A DNA stretch of 64,000 nt from an uncultured Verrucomicrobia subdivision 3 bacterium (GCA_903922735.1 CAIXUZ010000022.1:8997-72996), one strand, 5' to 3'. Numbered from the stretch's first letter, positions 8,535-17,556 are shown. A program made the numbers and translations. Notes: generated by a model from the letters alone, not told the origin.

Positions 8535-9587
8535 ATGGATCTTCATACCGGCAATTTTCCGCAAATTGATATGGTTCGCGATAATGACATCCTAACACTA
8601 TTGAAAGCCACTACTGCGGAGGTGGAAATCGAGATGAAAAAGATCATATCCAATGATCTGATAGCTAACCCTGAATTAGCATCCGAAGCCCTATTATGCG
8701 TAACGGACAACGGACATCGGATGCTTTCGACTTTAATGCGAACGTCGTATGAAATGAATCAGCGACCATATCAGGACGTCTTACCAATGTGTGCCGGGAC
8801 GGAATTGCTTCAGGTGTCTGCACTGTTGGTCGATGACATTCTTGATAATGCGATGTTGCGTAACGGCAATAGTTCAGCTTTATCTCGGCTTGGGACAAAG
8901 GAATCCACTGTTGTCGGTTTTGTTCTTGCTTCGTTAGGGATGAAAACCATGTTGCGTTTTTTGCGACAATATGCTTCGACCGAGCAGGCGTGCATGATCA
9001 TGGAAATATTTGAAAATGTTCAAAACGACGTATATGTGGGACAGTTCATGGACCTCCAATCCACAAGTAAATTGAATTTCACTGAGGAGCAATTTCTTGA
9101 AATGATTTCAAAGACGACGGCAACCTTCATCAAGGCCCCGCTTGTCGCTGGAGCAATACTTTCGGGGGCACCACGAGAGATAATTAATAAGCTTGATGTT
9201 ATCGGCCTGAATCTCGGACTCGCTTATCAACTTCGAGACGATGTGATTGACTGGCTGGGTGACTCAAGCGAAACTGGAAAACCCCGGTTTGGAGATTTAG
9301 AGCAGCGCCGGATGCGATTGCCGCTTATTCATGCCCTTCGCACGCTCCCACCCACAGACAAAGCATGGCTGGAAGAGCTTATCACTAGGGAATCGCCCAT
9401 TTCGGATCCAGAAAAACAAAAAACATTTCAATTGCTAATAGATGCTGGATCCATTGATTACGCGATCGGCAAGACTGAAGCCCACGCCCATAAGGCCGTT
9501 GCGCTTCTTGACGGATTGCAAAATGTGGACAATAATCTCCGGCAACGGTTGGGCGACATTGCTGGACTGGTCGCCACGTTTGATTAA
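8535..9587 (+). CDS. Polyprenyl synthetase family protein (trans-isoprenyl diphosphate synthase-like)
   Basis: Both aspartate-rich motifs are present: LLVDDILDN (DDxxD) and YQLRDDVIDWLGD (DDxxD). The gene is low in GC. Confidence 0.8.
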   Translation: MDLHTGNFPQIDMVRDNDILTLLKATTAEVEIEMKKIISNDLIANPELASEALLCVTDNGHRMLSTLMRTSYEMNQRPYQDVLPMCAGTELLQVSALLVDDILDNAMLRNGNSSALSRLGTKESTVVGFVLASLGMKTMLRFLRQYASTEQACMIMEIFENVQNDVYVGQFMDLQSTSKLNFTEEQFLEMISKTTATFIKAPLVAGAILSGAPREIINKLDVIGLNLGLAYQLRDDVIDWLGDSSETGKPRFGDLEQRRMRLPLIHALRTLPPTDKAWLEELITRESPISDPEKQKTFQLLIDAGSIDYAIGKTEAHAHKAVALLDGLQNVDNNLRQRLGDIAGLVATFD

Positions 9588-9791
9588 AATTTAATTTAAA
9601 AGACTAAATATGGGCCAGTTTTTTACAAAATTCCGCAAGACGCCCGCTGCTAAACCGGCAGTGCAGGGTGTGTCATGTGACGTTCGTCCGGCACGGGCGG
9701 AGTCCAGTGGTCAGCCTGCCACGCGGAGGGAAATTCCAAATACAACCCCCTCTTTTTCCCCAGTCGGTTTGCAGCCCATCCCTGCTTTCCA

Positions 9792-10670
9792 ATGCTCTGG
9801 CAGTTCACACTGAATGGACTTGTCGCAGCCGCCATACAAATTCCTTTGGCCCTTGCATGCGCCATCGTTTATTGCGTTGGCGGATTCTTTGATTTTTCCC
9901 TAGGCGCTTCTTTAATCGGAGCGGCTTATTTTGTTTTTTTCTTAATCCAGATCTGCCATTTTCCCCTGCTGTTGGCGTTAACCGGCGGTGTTTTTGCAGG
10001 CGCAGTTTTAGAATACCTGGTCCGGATAACCATATACAGCCCATTGCAAAGCAGGCGGGCAAATCATTTGCTTCTCCTATTGGCATCACTCGGATTTTAC
10101 ATCGCTTTTCAAAATGGCATTGCTTTGATAGCGGGTGATTCAGGCAGGTTCCTACAGCCTGGCGTGGTTGGAGCCGGGCTTGAAATCTTTGGCGGCAGAA
10201 TTACGCAAACTCAAATGGTTACTGTGTTATTTAGCATTGCGTTGGCAATCAGTTTGGAGATTTTACAAAGCCGGACTCAAGGTGGAAGAATATTAAAAGC
10301 CGTAGCCAATGATCCACAACTTGCTGATACGCTGGGCATACGTTCAAAACTCTGGGTGAGTGCTGGTCATGCCATTGCTGGCGGCTTGGCTGGACTGACG
10401 GGAGTGTTTTGGGCACTGAATGTCGATTTTTCTCCAGCAATCGGGATGAATTCTTTCATGTTGGCAACTGTTGCCGTTATTGTGGGCGGCGCGGGCAGTT
10501 TAGGGGGAGTGGCTGGCGGGACGGTTTTGGTCGCTCTGGTCAGCCAGCTAGCTGTATGGAAAATTGGCTCACAGTGGCAATCTGCTGTGACGTTTTTGAT
10601 GCTTCTGGGATTTCTCCTTTTCTGTCCGAAAGGAATTTCTGGAAAGCCGTCTCGGAAAACACATGGCTAA
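9792..10670 (+). CDS. livH: Branched-chain amino acid ABC transporter permease (LivH-like)
   Basis: Polytopic membrane protein with the LivH-type pattern (GGAGSLGGVAGG near the C-terminus) in operon context. Confidence 0.8.
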   Translation: MLWQFTLNGLVAAAIQIPLALACAIVYCVGGFFDFSLGASLIGAAYFVFFLIQICHFPLLLALTGGVFAGAVLEYLVRITIYSPLQSRRANHLLLLLASLGFYIAFQNGIALIAGDSGRFLQPGVVGAGLEIFGGRITQTQMVTVLFSIALAISLEILQSRTQGGRILKAVANDPQLADTLGIRSKLWVSAGHAIAGGLAGLTGVFWALNVDFSPAIGMNSFMLATVAVIVGGAGSLGGVAGGTVLVALVSQLAVWKIGSQWQSAVTFLMLLGFLLFCPKGISGKPSRKTHG

Positions 10671-10678
10671 AATGGCAT

Positions 10679-11551
10679 ATGGATTACATATTACATGTAT
10701 TCATCATTTTCGGCATATACGCCGTGATGGTCGTTGGCCTTGATTTATTGATTGGTCACACGGGACTTCTCTCGATTGCTCCAGCAGCATTTTGTGGCTT
10801 GGGAGCATATACTTCGGCTTTGTTAGCTGTTCACTTTGGCGTCCCATTTTACGCGGGTGTTTTGGCAGGCATGGGAGTTGCGGTTCTAGTTTCATTTATT
10901 GTATCGGTGCCGTCATTGCGTTTGCAGGATGACTATTTTGTCATCGCCACGTTCGGTTTTCAGACGATTCTTTTCAGCGTTTTCAACAATTGGACGGACC
11001 TGACGCGCGGACCGCTAGGCATTACCAGCATTCCCCGGCCGGTCATTTTTGGTTGGCAGGTTAAATCGCATCTGGATTTCTTGATTCTGGCGGCTTGTTT
11101 TGCGTGTGTCGCATATTTCGTGGTTTATCGTCTCACGTCCTCGCCGTTTGGCCGGGTATTGCATGCGGTTCGGGAAGATGAAGTTTTTGCCAAGGCACTC
11201 GGAAAAAACACATTCTGGTTCAAAGTCAAAGCATTTGCCGTGAGCGCCGCGCTCGCCGCGTCCGCAGGGAGCCTTTATGCGCACTACATCAACTACATTG
11301 ATCCCACGAGTTTCACCGTCATGGAATCCATTCTAGTCATATCCATGGTGATTCTAGGTGGAGCGGGCAATTTGTGGGGGCCGCTGGTTGGTGCGCTTGT
11401 GTTGGTGACGCTACCGGAAGCGTTGCGGTTTGTCGGACTACCCAGCGCCGTTGCCGCCAACCTGCGCCAAATTATTTACGGTAGTTTGCTGGTTTTAATG
11501 ATGATGTTTCGCCCGCGCGGACTCGTTGGTAAATATGGGTTCACCAAATGA
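10679..11551 (+). CDS. livM: Branched-chain amino acid ABC transporter permease (LivM-like)
   Basis: MDYILHVFIIFGIYAVMVVGLDLLIGHTGLLSIAPAAF is a typical LivM start. The ATG at 10679 comes just after the livH stop. The track ORF start at 10409 is an out-of-frame overlap with livH. Confidence 0.8.
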   Translation: MDYILHVFIIFGIYAVMVVGLDLLIGHTGLLSIAPAAFCGLGAYTSALLAVHFGVPFYAGVLAGMGVAVLVSFIVSVPSLRLQDDYFVIATFGFQTILFSVFNNWTDLTRGPLGITSIPRPVIFGWQVKSHLDFLILAACFACVAYFVVYRLTSSPFGRVLHAVREDEVFAKALGKNTFWFKVKAFAVSAALAASAGSLYAHYINYIDPTSFTVMESILVISMVILGGAGNLWGPLVGALVLVTLPEALRFVGLPSAVAANLRQIIYGSLLVLMMMFRPRGLVGKYGFTK

Positions 11552-12294
11552 TTTTACGTTGCGAACATTTGAACAAGGCATTTGGTGGCGTCCACGCATT
11601 GGCTGGGGTGAGCGTGGAATTTCCGCCAGCTGGTGTCATCGCCATAATTGGTCCAAACGGGGCTGGCAAAACCACGCTCATAAATGTGCTCACCGGCTTT
11701 CTACGTGCGGATTCGGGAGGGTTCTTCCTCGGTGAGCAGGAGTTGACTGGGCTGGCACCACACCACATAGCTAGGTTCGGCGTTGCCCGCACGTTTCAAG
11801 ACTTGCGATTAATTTCGCAGGTTTCGGTTTTAGAAAATGTTCTGCTAGCCAGGCCGAATCAAAAAGGGGAACGATTACTGCCCGCGTTGTTGCGCTTTGG
11901 GGTTGGCCATGAGGAGACATCCAACCGTGAGGCTGCAATCAAGCTGCTGAATTTTGTCGGCTTGACAGGCAAGGCTGACGAGCCAGCAGGCGAATTATCC
12001 TACGGCCAGCAGAAATTGCTGGCGCTGGCCTGTTGCCTCGCCACCGAAGCCCAAATTCTCCTGCTCGATGAACCGGTGGCTGGCGTTCATCCAGAATTGA
12101 TTCAGAAAATCCTCGGTCTGTTGTCGCAGTTGCGTGACCAGGGCAAGCTGGTCATTTTCATTGAGCACGACATTGCCGCCGTTCGGCAAATTGCCGATCA
12201 GGTGATTGTCATGGATGAGGGCAAAATCATCGCGAAGGGAAAACCGGCCGAGGTTTTGGAGCGACCTGAAATCATTGAGGCGTATGTCGGATAG
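11548..12294 (+). CDS. livG: ABC transporter ATP-binding protein (LivG-like)
   Basis: Walker A GPNGAGKTT, signature LSYGQQKLL, Walker B ILLLDEP. Confidence 0.85.
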   Translation: MILRCEHLNKAFGGVHALAGVSVEFPPAGVIAIIGPNGAGKTTLINVLTGFLRADSGGFFLGEQELTGLAPHHIARFGVARTFQDLRLISQVSVLENVLLARPNQKGERLLPALLRFGVGHEETSNREAAIKLLNFVGLTGKADEPAGELSYGQQKLLALACCLATEAQILLLDEPVAGVHPELIQKILGLLSQLRDQGKLVIFIEHDIAAVRQIADQVIVMDEGKIIAKGKPAEVLERPEIIEAYVG

Positions 12295-13060
12295 CGTTAC
12301 AGACATCTTTTCACCCGAAGAAGTGAAACGCCAGATAATGGCGCTTCCCGATAAATGGATACTGCGCTTCGACGGTTTGATTGCCGGCTACGGCAAGAAG
12401 CAGGTGCTCAATGGCGTGAGCCTTGAAGTCGCGTCCGGCGAAATTGTGGCGTTGATTGGCCACAACGGCGCGGGGAAATCTACCTTGCTCAAGGCGGTAT
12501 TCGGGCTAATTCCCATCTGGCATGGACAGATTTTCTACGACGGTGCGGCGCTGGCGTCGCCCAAACCGCGCGAACTGCTTCGTTCCGGCATCGCCTATGT
12601 GCCGCAGGGCAACCGTGTGTTTACCGATCTGACAGTGCAGGAAAATCTGGAAATGGGTGGCACCACATTGCCAACAAAAAAGGCCATCAGTGAAGGCATG
12701 GAACGGGTGTTCGCGCTTTTTCCCGCCTTGAAGGAGCGGCTGAAACAACGCGCGGGAACTCTGTCGGGCGGTGAAAAACAGATGCTGGCACTGGGAAATG
12801 CGCTGATTTTGGCTCCCAAATTATTGCTGTTGGATGAACCGTCTCTGGGTCTGGCTCCGCCGATGGTTTCGCAAGCGTTTGGCAGGATCCAGCAGATCAG
12901 CAGGGATTCGGGCATGACCGTAGTGATCGTGGAGCAAAAAGTTCGTGAGGTCTTAAAGATTGCTAATCGGGTTTATGTTTTACGGACGGGGCAGATTTCG
13001 TTTACCGGGGCAGCGGATGCCCTAAATGATGAAGCCAAGCTGCGTGAGGTTTATTTGTAG
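12284..13060 (+). CDS. livF: ABC transporter ATP-binding protein (LivF-like)
   Basis: Walker A GHNGAGKST, signature LSGGEKQML, Walker B LLLLDEP. The start is taken at the ATG at 12284 (MSDSV), with an alternative at 12341. Confidence 0.85.
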   Translation: MSDSVTDIFSPEEVKRQIMALPDKWILRFDGLIAGYGKKQVLNGVSLEVASGEIVALIGHNGAGKSTLLKAVFGLIPIWHGQIFYDGAALASPKPRELLRSGIAYVPQGNRVFTDLTVQENLEMGGTTLPTKKAISEGMERVFALFPALKERLKQRAGTLSGGEKQMLALGNALILAPKLLLLDEPSLGLAPPMVSQAFGRIQQISRDSGMTVVIVEQKVREVLKIANRVYVLRTGQISFTGAADALNDEAKLREVYL

Positions 13061-13161
13061 TTGGCTTTCAAACCGTCGCGCCAAAAGAGCGGCGTAATTA
13101 TCGAAATTACCCGATGCGAGTTGACCGAGCTTCATTCGAGCCACAACGGAAGATCAGGCTC

Positions 13162-13227
13162 ATTCACCTTCCGCTTGAAGTAGCGGGCGGCCGGGATCAG
13201 ACTCGCGGGGTGCATACGCTGGCGGAC
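13162..13227 (+). repeat. Repeat family B, copy 2, downstream of livF
   Basis: See 6174-6239. Confidence 0.6.
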
Positions 13228-13268
13228 GCAAAGAAAAAGCGGAAACGCTGAAACCTGAAGTTTGAAAA

Positions 13269-13793
13269 ATGTATTCATTGAACCAGATGGCCACGGTTCT
13301 GAACCGTTCGACGATCTATCTGTCGGGATTGCAAAAGCGGTTTGCATTGCCGACTTGCGAGGGCGCAACCTACCCAGACGCCTATCTGGAATTTTTTCGC
13401 ACGGTGGTCTATCTCCGCACATTCGGCATTAGCGAAGAGTCACTGCGTGACCTTTGGGTGCTGGAAAAGAAACTGCTGACGTTGCTGCATGTGGATTCTA
13501 CCGGCAGCCCGACATGGTTTCTAGATGCGTGCGGACGCACCACGCATCGGGAGCGGCGCTTGATGCTCAGTAATTTTGATCTCGGCATCCCACTGGCTGC
13601 TCGCGAGGTGCAAACCGGCCTGGATTTCAGCGACCGGTTACCGGAATTGTTTGAGGGCAAAGCGATGGGCGAGGATGCACTGCGTGTGCTGGACGAATGT
13701 CTGAAGATTGAAAAAGGCATTCTCAAGGACGTGAGGTCAGAATTGCCGCAATTACGGGCGGCGACGAAATGGGCGGGACGTTTGCCGAAATAA
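13269..13793 (+). CDS. Hypothetical protein with possible N-terminal MerR-like helix-turn-helix
   Basis: YSLNQMATVLNRSTIYLSGLQKRFAL loosely follows the MerR HTH pattern. It lies directly upstream of the PurA-like gene. The assignment is weak. Confidence 0.4.
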   Translation: MYSLNQMATVLNRSTIYLSGLQKRFALPTCEGATYPDAYLEFFRTVVYLRTFGISEESLRDLWVLEKKLLTLLHVDSTGSPTWFLDACGRTTHRERRLMLSNFDLGIPLAAREVQTGLDFSDRLPELFEGKAMGEDALRVLDECLKIEKGILKDVRSELPQLRAATKWAGRLPK

Positions 13794-13809
13794 AGCCTAG
13801 GCATCATGA

Positions 13810-13841
13810 TTTTGTTTGTGGTTACGTGGCAACAAACAAAA
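13810..13841. promoter_or_regulatory. Operator-like palindrome upstream of the PurA-like gene
   Basis: ttttgtttgt (13810-13819) and acaaacaaaa (13832-13841) form a perfect 10-bp inverted repeat around ggttacgtggca, 43 nt upstream of the ATG at 13884. Confidence 0.45.
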
Positions 13842-13883
13842 TTGTGGACATTGAATTCCCAGAAAACCAGAATAGGTTAAATT

Positions 13884-14942
13884 ATGTCTGTAACAATTGT
13901 TGTCGGCGGCCAATACGGGTCCGAAGGCAAGGGCAAAGTGGTTGCCCTGTTGGCGAAAGAATCAACCTCTCCCTGGCTCGTCCGTTGCGGCGGCCCCAAT
14001 TCCGGTCACACCGTCACGATCGACGGGAAGCCCGTCATCATGCGCCAGGTTCCGTCCTGCTCCGAGCCGGATAAAGCGACTTTTTGCGTGGCGGCCGGCT
14101 GCGTGGTGGACGAGGAAATCCTCCTGCGTGAACTGGATTTACTGAAAATTCCACGAGAACGAATCATTGTGGATCCGCGCAGTGTTTTGGTGACGGAAGA
14201 AGATCGGATGGCTGAAGCCGGCTCTTTGGTCCGAATTGGCAGCACCTGCTCCGGGACGGGGGCAGCCCTGCTGCGTCGGATGTCGCGGGCAAAAGACGTG
14301 CGGCTTTCAAAAGACTCGGCAGCCATCAAGGCGCGCTGTCGCGTTGAAACTGTGGCGACGTTGCTGCATAGCCGGATTGAAGATGGTGGCGACATTATCG
14401 TGGAGGGAACGCAAGGTTTCGCCCTCTCACTTTTGCATGGCCCCGATTATCCCTATGTAACCTCCCGGGACACCACAGCCGCTGGGTTTGCCATGGAAAT
14501 TGGGCTCTCGCCTCGCCAAATCGACAAAATCGTGATGGTCATCCGGACATTCCCGATCCGGGTGGCTGGAACAAGCGGGCCATTCGCCAACGAGTTTTCA
14601 TGGGAACACATTCAAGCCATTTCCGGTGCACCACAAGTGTTGCCAGAATACACGTCGGTGACGAAGCGGTTGCGTCGCGTCGCGCGATTCGATCTCGATC
14701 TCGTGAAGCTCGCTTGCAATTACAATTGCCCAACCAGCTTGGCAGTGATGGGGCTCGACCGGCTTGATTATGCCAACACTGGCTTAACTGCTATCGACGC
14801 ATTGACCTCCAAGGCGCATGTGTTTTTGACTCAAATAGAGCAGGCGACTGATATTCCAATAGAGTTCATTGGCACTGGGTTTGGCACTTTTGACGTGATT
14901 CATGCATTGGTTCCAACCATAAAAACTGATTCACATGGCTGA
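13884..14942 (+). CDS. Adenylosuccinate synthetase family protein, short archaeal/PurZ-like type, with Ser replacing the P-loop Asp
   Basis: Motifs: VVGGQYGSEGKGKV, GGPNSGHTV, IGSTCSGTGAA, VEGTQGFALSLLHGPDYPYVTSRDTTAAG, TFPIRVAG, SVTKRLRRVARFD. At 352 aa it is shorter than bacterial PurA (about 430 aa). Confidence 0.8.
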   Translation: MSVTIVVGGQYGSEGKGKVVALLAKESTSPWLVRCGGPNSGHTVTIDGKPVIMRQVPSCSEPDKATFCVAAGCVVDEEILLRELDLLKIPRERIIVDPRSVLVTEEDRMAEAGSLVRIGSTCSGTGAALLRRMSRAKDVRLSKDSAAIKARCRVETVATLLHSRIEDGGDIIVEGTQGFALSLLHGPDYPYVTSRDTTAAGFAMEIGLSPRQIDKIVMVIRTFPIRVAGTSGPFANEFSWEHIQAISGAPQVLPEYTSVTKRLRRVARFDLDLVKLACNYNCPTSLAVMGLDRLDYANTGLTAIDALTSKAHVFLTQIEQATDIPIEFIGTGFGTFDVIHALVPTIKTDSHG

Positions 14943-17547
14943 AATTAAACTGAAGGAGCTACGAGAAATTCGTCGACGAGCACAAGAATTGCTCAGGTCT
15001 GTCGATACTGACATAAAGCCTTTTCTACACCAAAAGGATAAGGAGACTTTTCGTCGCAAACCTGAATCAGAATCAATAGAAGGAGATGTGAATGTCACTT
15101 CTAGCTGTTCGTGCCTAATGTCATTGGCACTTTCTAATTCCTTTTGTAAGTTTTACGACGTCGAAGATGCAACCAAAGCCAATCAAAAAGCAAAATCAAT
15201 TCTTGACCGCATTATAGATGCTCCGTGGATGAGTTCCGGTCTTACTGCTAATAATGCCTTCTCAACAGCTTTAGTTCTTCGCACTTATGGCTTTTTAAAG
15301 CAAGAAGGCTTGCTGAAGTTGGCCGACATTAAGCGAAAAGCATGGGAATTAAATTTTGGTTTGAAGCAGGAGAAGATTAGCGATTTTGCCATTTATTTGC
15401 AGACACAGAGTAACGAAACCTCTAAATACTTATATTCCTCACTTTCTGACGGGAGTCGAAGCCTTCTTGCGACTGCTTTACCATCTGCTGCGGAAGAAAA
15501 AGAAAAACATGAAAAGAGGCTTAGCCGATTAATTACTTTAGATCTCCGTCGATTGGTTCAATCCGGGTGGATTTATACAAAAGAAAGATTTCCAAATATT
15601 TCCTCTCCACTCGTTGACGACATAGGCAAACGGCCAACGGGTTATTTGTTAGCGAGGACGAATAAAAGACTATTTGATGAGCAGCTTAAAGAATATTTTA
15701 CAGGTTCATCAGAACAAAACCTTGAGGAAATAGCAGTTCAAATGGCAAAAGACCCAGACAATTTTGCTATTAACCAATATTCAGCGTCAGCAACTGTTCT
15801 TTACTGGTTTGTAGACGGGTTAGAGCGCGGACAAATTCATTTAGACGGGAAAGATTGGGGGCGGTTGTGTGAATGGGCTTGTAACGAATTTAATCACGAG
15901 CGATCTCTTGTGTTGGCCGAGCATGATGCAATGATGGATCCTATCGCTTTGGCTATGGCTGCTTGTCTATGTGCAAAAATACGCAACCTGGCTACGCGGG
16001 ATGATCTTGGCACAGGCAAAGGGCATCGAGAAATGTTACCGTCAATGGCAGAACTCGAGCATTCAATTCTGGAACTTTTCAGGCACCAAGCCACGAGTGG
16101 TATTTGGCCTAAGTATTTCCCACTTTTCCATTATCAAGATGCCGGTTCCAATTTTTGTTTTACTTTTGAAATGCTGGAAGCCGTTTTGAATGAGTTCGGG
16201 CATTCAGAAAACAAATTACTAGATCACGAAGATTTTATTAATGGCATCAAAGCCTCAGTTTTATGGTGCGAGGAGAATCGACTGAAATGCTCTGAAGGCA
16301 AGTCAACATACAGCGGATGGAATTCAGGTGGTGATCTGGAATCACTCGAAAAAGAACGTCCAGAATCGTGGGCCACAGCGGTTGTTCACATGTTTCTTTG
16401 GGAGTTAACAAGTGTTCTCTCACAACATATTCAAAAACGAGTTCTGCAAAAATATGGTGCTCGACAGCCAAAAATGTCCGCTGGGCAGATTCAAGAAGCA
16501 ATCAACAATGACGCCAAATGGAGGGAGCAAAATTTCGGAAGTGCCTTGAGTAAGCTTCAAGACATCGAACTTTTTATCGATCGAAAGCATGACAGCTTAA
16601 TTCGAGTTCTGAAAGAGGAGCTTTTAGATGCCAATTTCGTTAAAACGGAATTGCAGGTTCGCCGAGAAAAAGCAAGTGCTCCTATATCGGCTTTGTTATT
16701 TGGACCACCAGGAACTTCCAAAACACAAATAACAAAAGCTGTCGCCGAAGATTTAGGCTGGCCTATGCTTGTGATTAATCCATCAGAGTTTGTTAAAGGC
16801 AGCTTTGAAAATGTATATTTACAGGCAGAGGACATTTTTACGGACTTAATGGATCTGTCTGCGGTCGTTGTCCTTTTCGATGAAATGGATGCTTTGACAC
16901 AAAAGCGGTCGGATGGCAGCAGCGAATCAGGTGGCAATCATCTTGATACAGCAACGCAATTCTTGACCACCTCAATGTTGCCAAAACTTGCCGACTTACA
17001 TGACAATGGAGGAGTTGTTTTTTTCATGGCGACCAATTTCCAAGAAAACTTCGACCCGGCTATTAAACGTGCTGGTCGCTTTGATCTTCTTCTTTGCATG
17101 GGGCCGCCAAAGCTCTGTGAAAAGATCGAAAAACTGAAGCTGTTTCTAAAGCTGTTTCTAAATCCTGTTCCCCAAAATGACAGCATCGAAGCAGCAAAAT
17201 TAAGACTATACGCGATCTTAGCTAAATCCCCCCCCCATCGCGATATGTTGGAATTGTTTACGTTTGGCGAGTTTAAATCGTTTTTACGGCTCTTTGGAAA
17301 GACTGGTAGCGAAGTTTGTGAAAAGCTTAAGACTTGCAATGAGACAAATTTTTTAGAGCAAGTTGATGATTACAGTAAATCGATTGGTCTAAAGTTTGAA
17401 GACTTAAAACTTTTACTAAAAAATCCAACTGACATTAGCCCCCTCAGTAAGATTGACAAACTGCTGATAACTGACTTAGATAAAATTAAAGGCAAGGAAA
17501 TCGGCAAGTATTTTTACGAACGCCGCTTATCGAAGCGTCAGTTTTGA
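14935..17547 (+). CDS. 870-aa protein: unassigned ~580-aa N-terminal region plus C-terminal classical-clade AAA+ ATPase
   Basis: Walker A LLFGPPGTSKTQ, Walker B VVVLFDEMDAL, sensor-1 MATN, arginine-finger region KRAGRFD. Its ATG overlaps the upstream stop (ATGGCTGA). The gene is low in GC. Confidence 0.8.
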   Translation: MAEIKLKELREIRRRAQELLRSVDTDIKPFLHQKDKETFRRKPESESIEGDVNVTSSCSCLMSLALSNSFCKFYDVEDATKANQKAKSILDRIIDAPWMSSGLTANNAFSTALVLRTYGFLKQEGLLKLADIKRKAWELNFGLKQEKISDFAIYLQTQSNETSKYLYSSLSDGSRSLLATALPSAAEEKEKHEKRLSRLITLDLRRLVQSGWIYTKERFPNISSPLVDDIGKRPTGYLLARTNKRLFDEQLKEYFTGSSEQNLEEIAVQMAKDPDNFAINQYSASATVLYWFVDGLERGQIHLDGKDWGRLCEWACNEFNHERSLVLAEHDAMMDPIALAMAACLCAKIRNLATRDDLGTGKGHREMLPSMAELEHSILELFRHQATSGIWPKYFPLFHYQDAGSNFCFTFEMLEAVLNEFGHSENKLLDHEDFINGIKASVLWCEENRLKCSEGKSTYSGWNSGGDLESLEKERPESWATAVVHMFLWELTSVLSQHIQKRVLQKYGARQPKMSAGQIQEAINNDAKWREQNFGSALSKLQDIELFIDRKHDSLIRVLKEELLDANFVKTELQVRREKASAPISALLFGPPGTSKTQITKAVAEDLGWPMLVINPSEFVKGSFENVYLQAEDIFTDLMDLSAVVVLFDEMDALTQKRSDGSSESGGNHLDTATQFLTTSMLPKLADLHDNGGVVFFMATNFQENFDPAIKRAGRFDLLLCMGPPKLCEKIEKLKLFLKLFLNPVPQNDSIEAAKLRLYAILAKSPPHRDMLELFTFGEFKSFLRLFGKTGSEVCEKLKTCNETNFLEQVDDYSKSIGLKFEDLKLLLKNPTDISPLSKIDKLLITDLDKIKGKEIGKYFYERRLSKRQF

Positions 17548-17556
17548 GCATCGTGC

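Noticed and set aside
9610-9892. Small ORFs in the 200-bp gap before livH
   Set aside because: They are short, mutually overlapping and without motifs. The region more likely holds the promoter that re-starts livHMGF after the insert.
10409-10678. 5' extensions of track ORFs that overlap the preceding gene out of frame (10409 for livM, 12206 for livF, 40882 for GGDEF, 21119-21367 for dNK, 32494 for hemL, 55784-55966 for zwf, 45309 for the coiled-coil gene)
   Set aside because: In each case the extension overlaps a well-supported upstream gene or an att/tRNA sequence. An internal ATG gives a canonical N-terminus.
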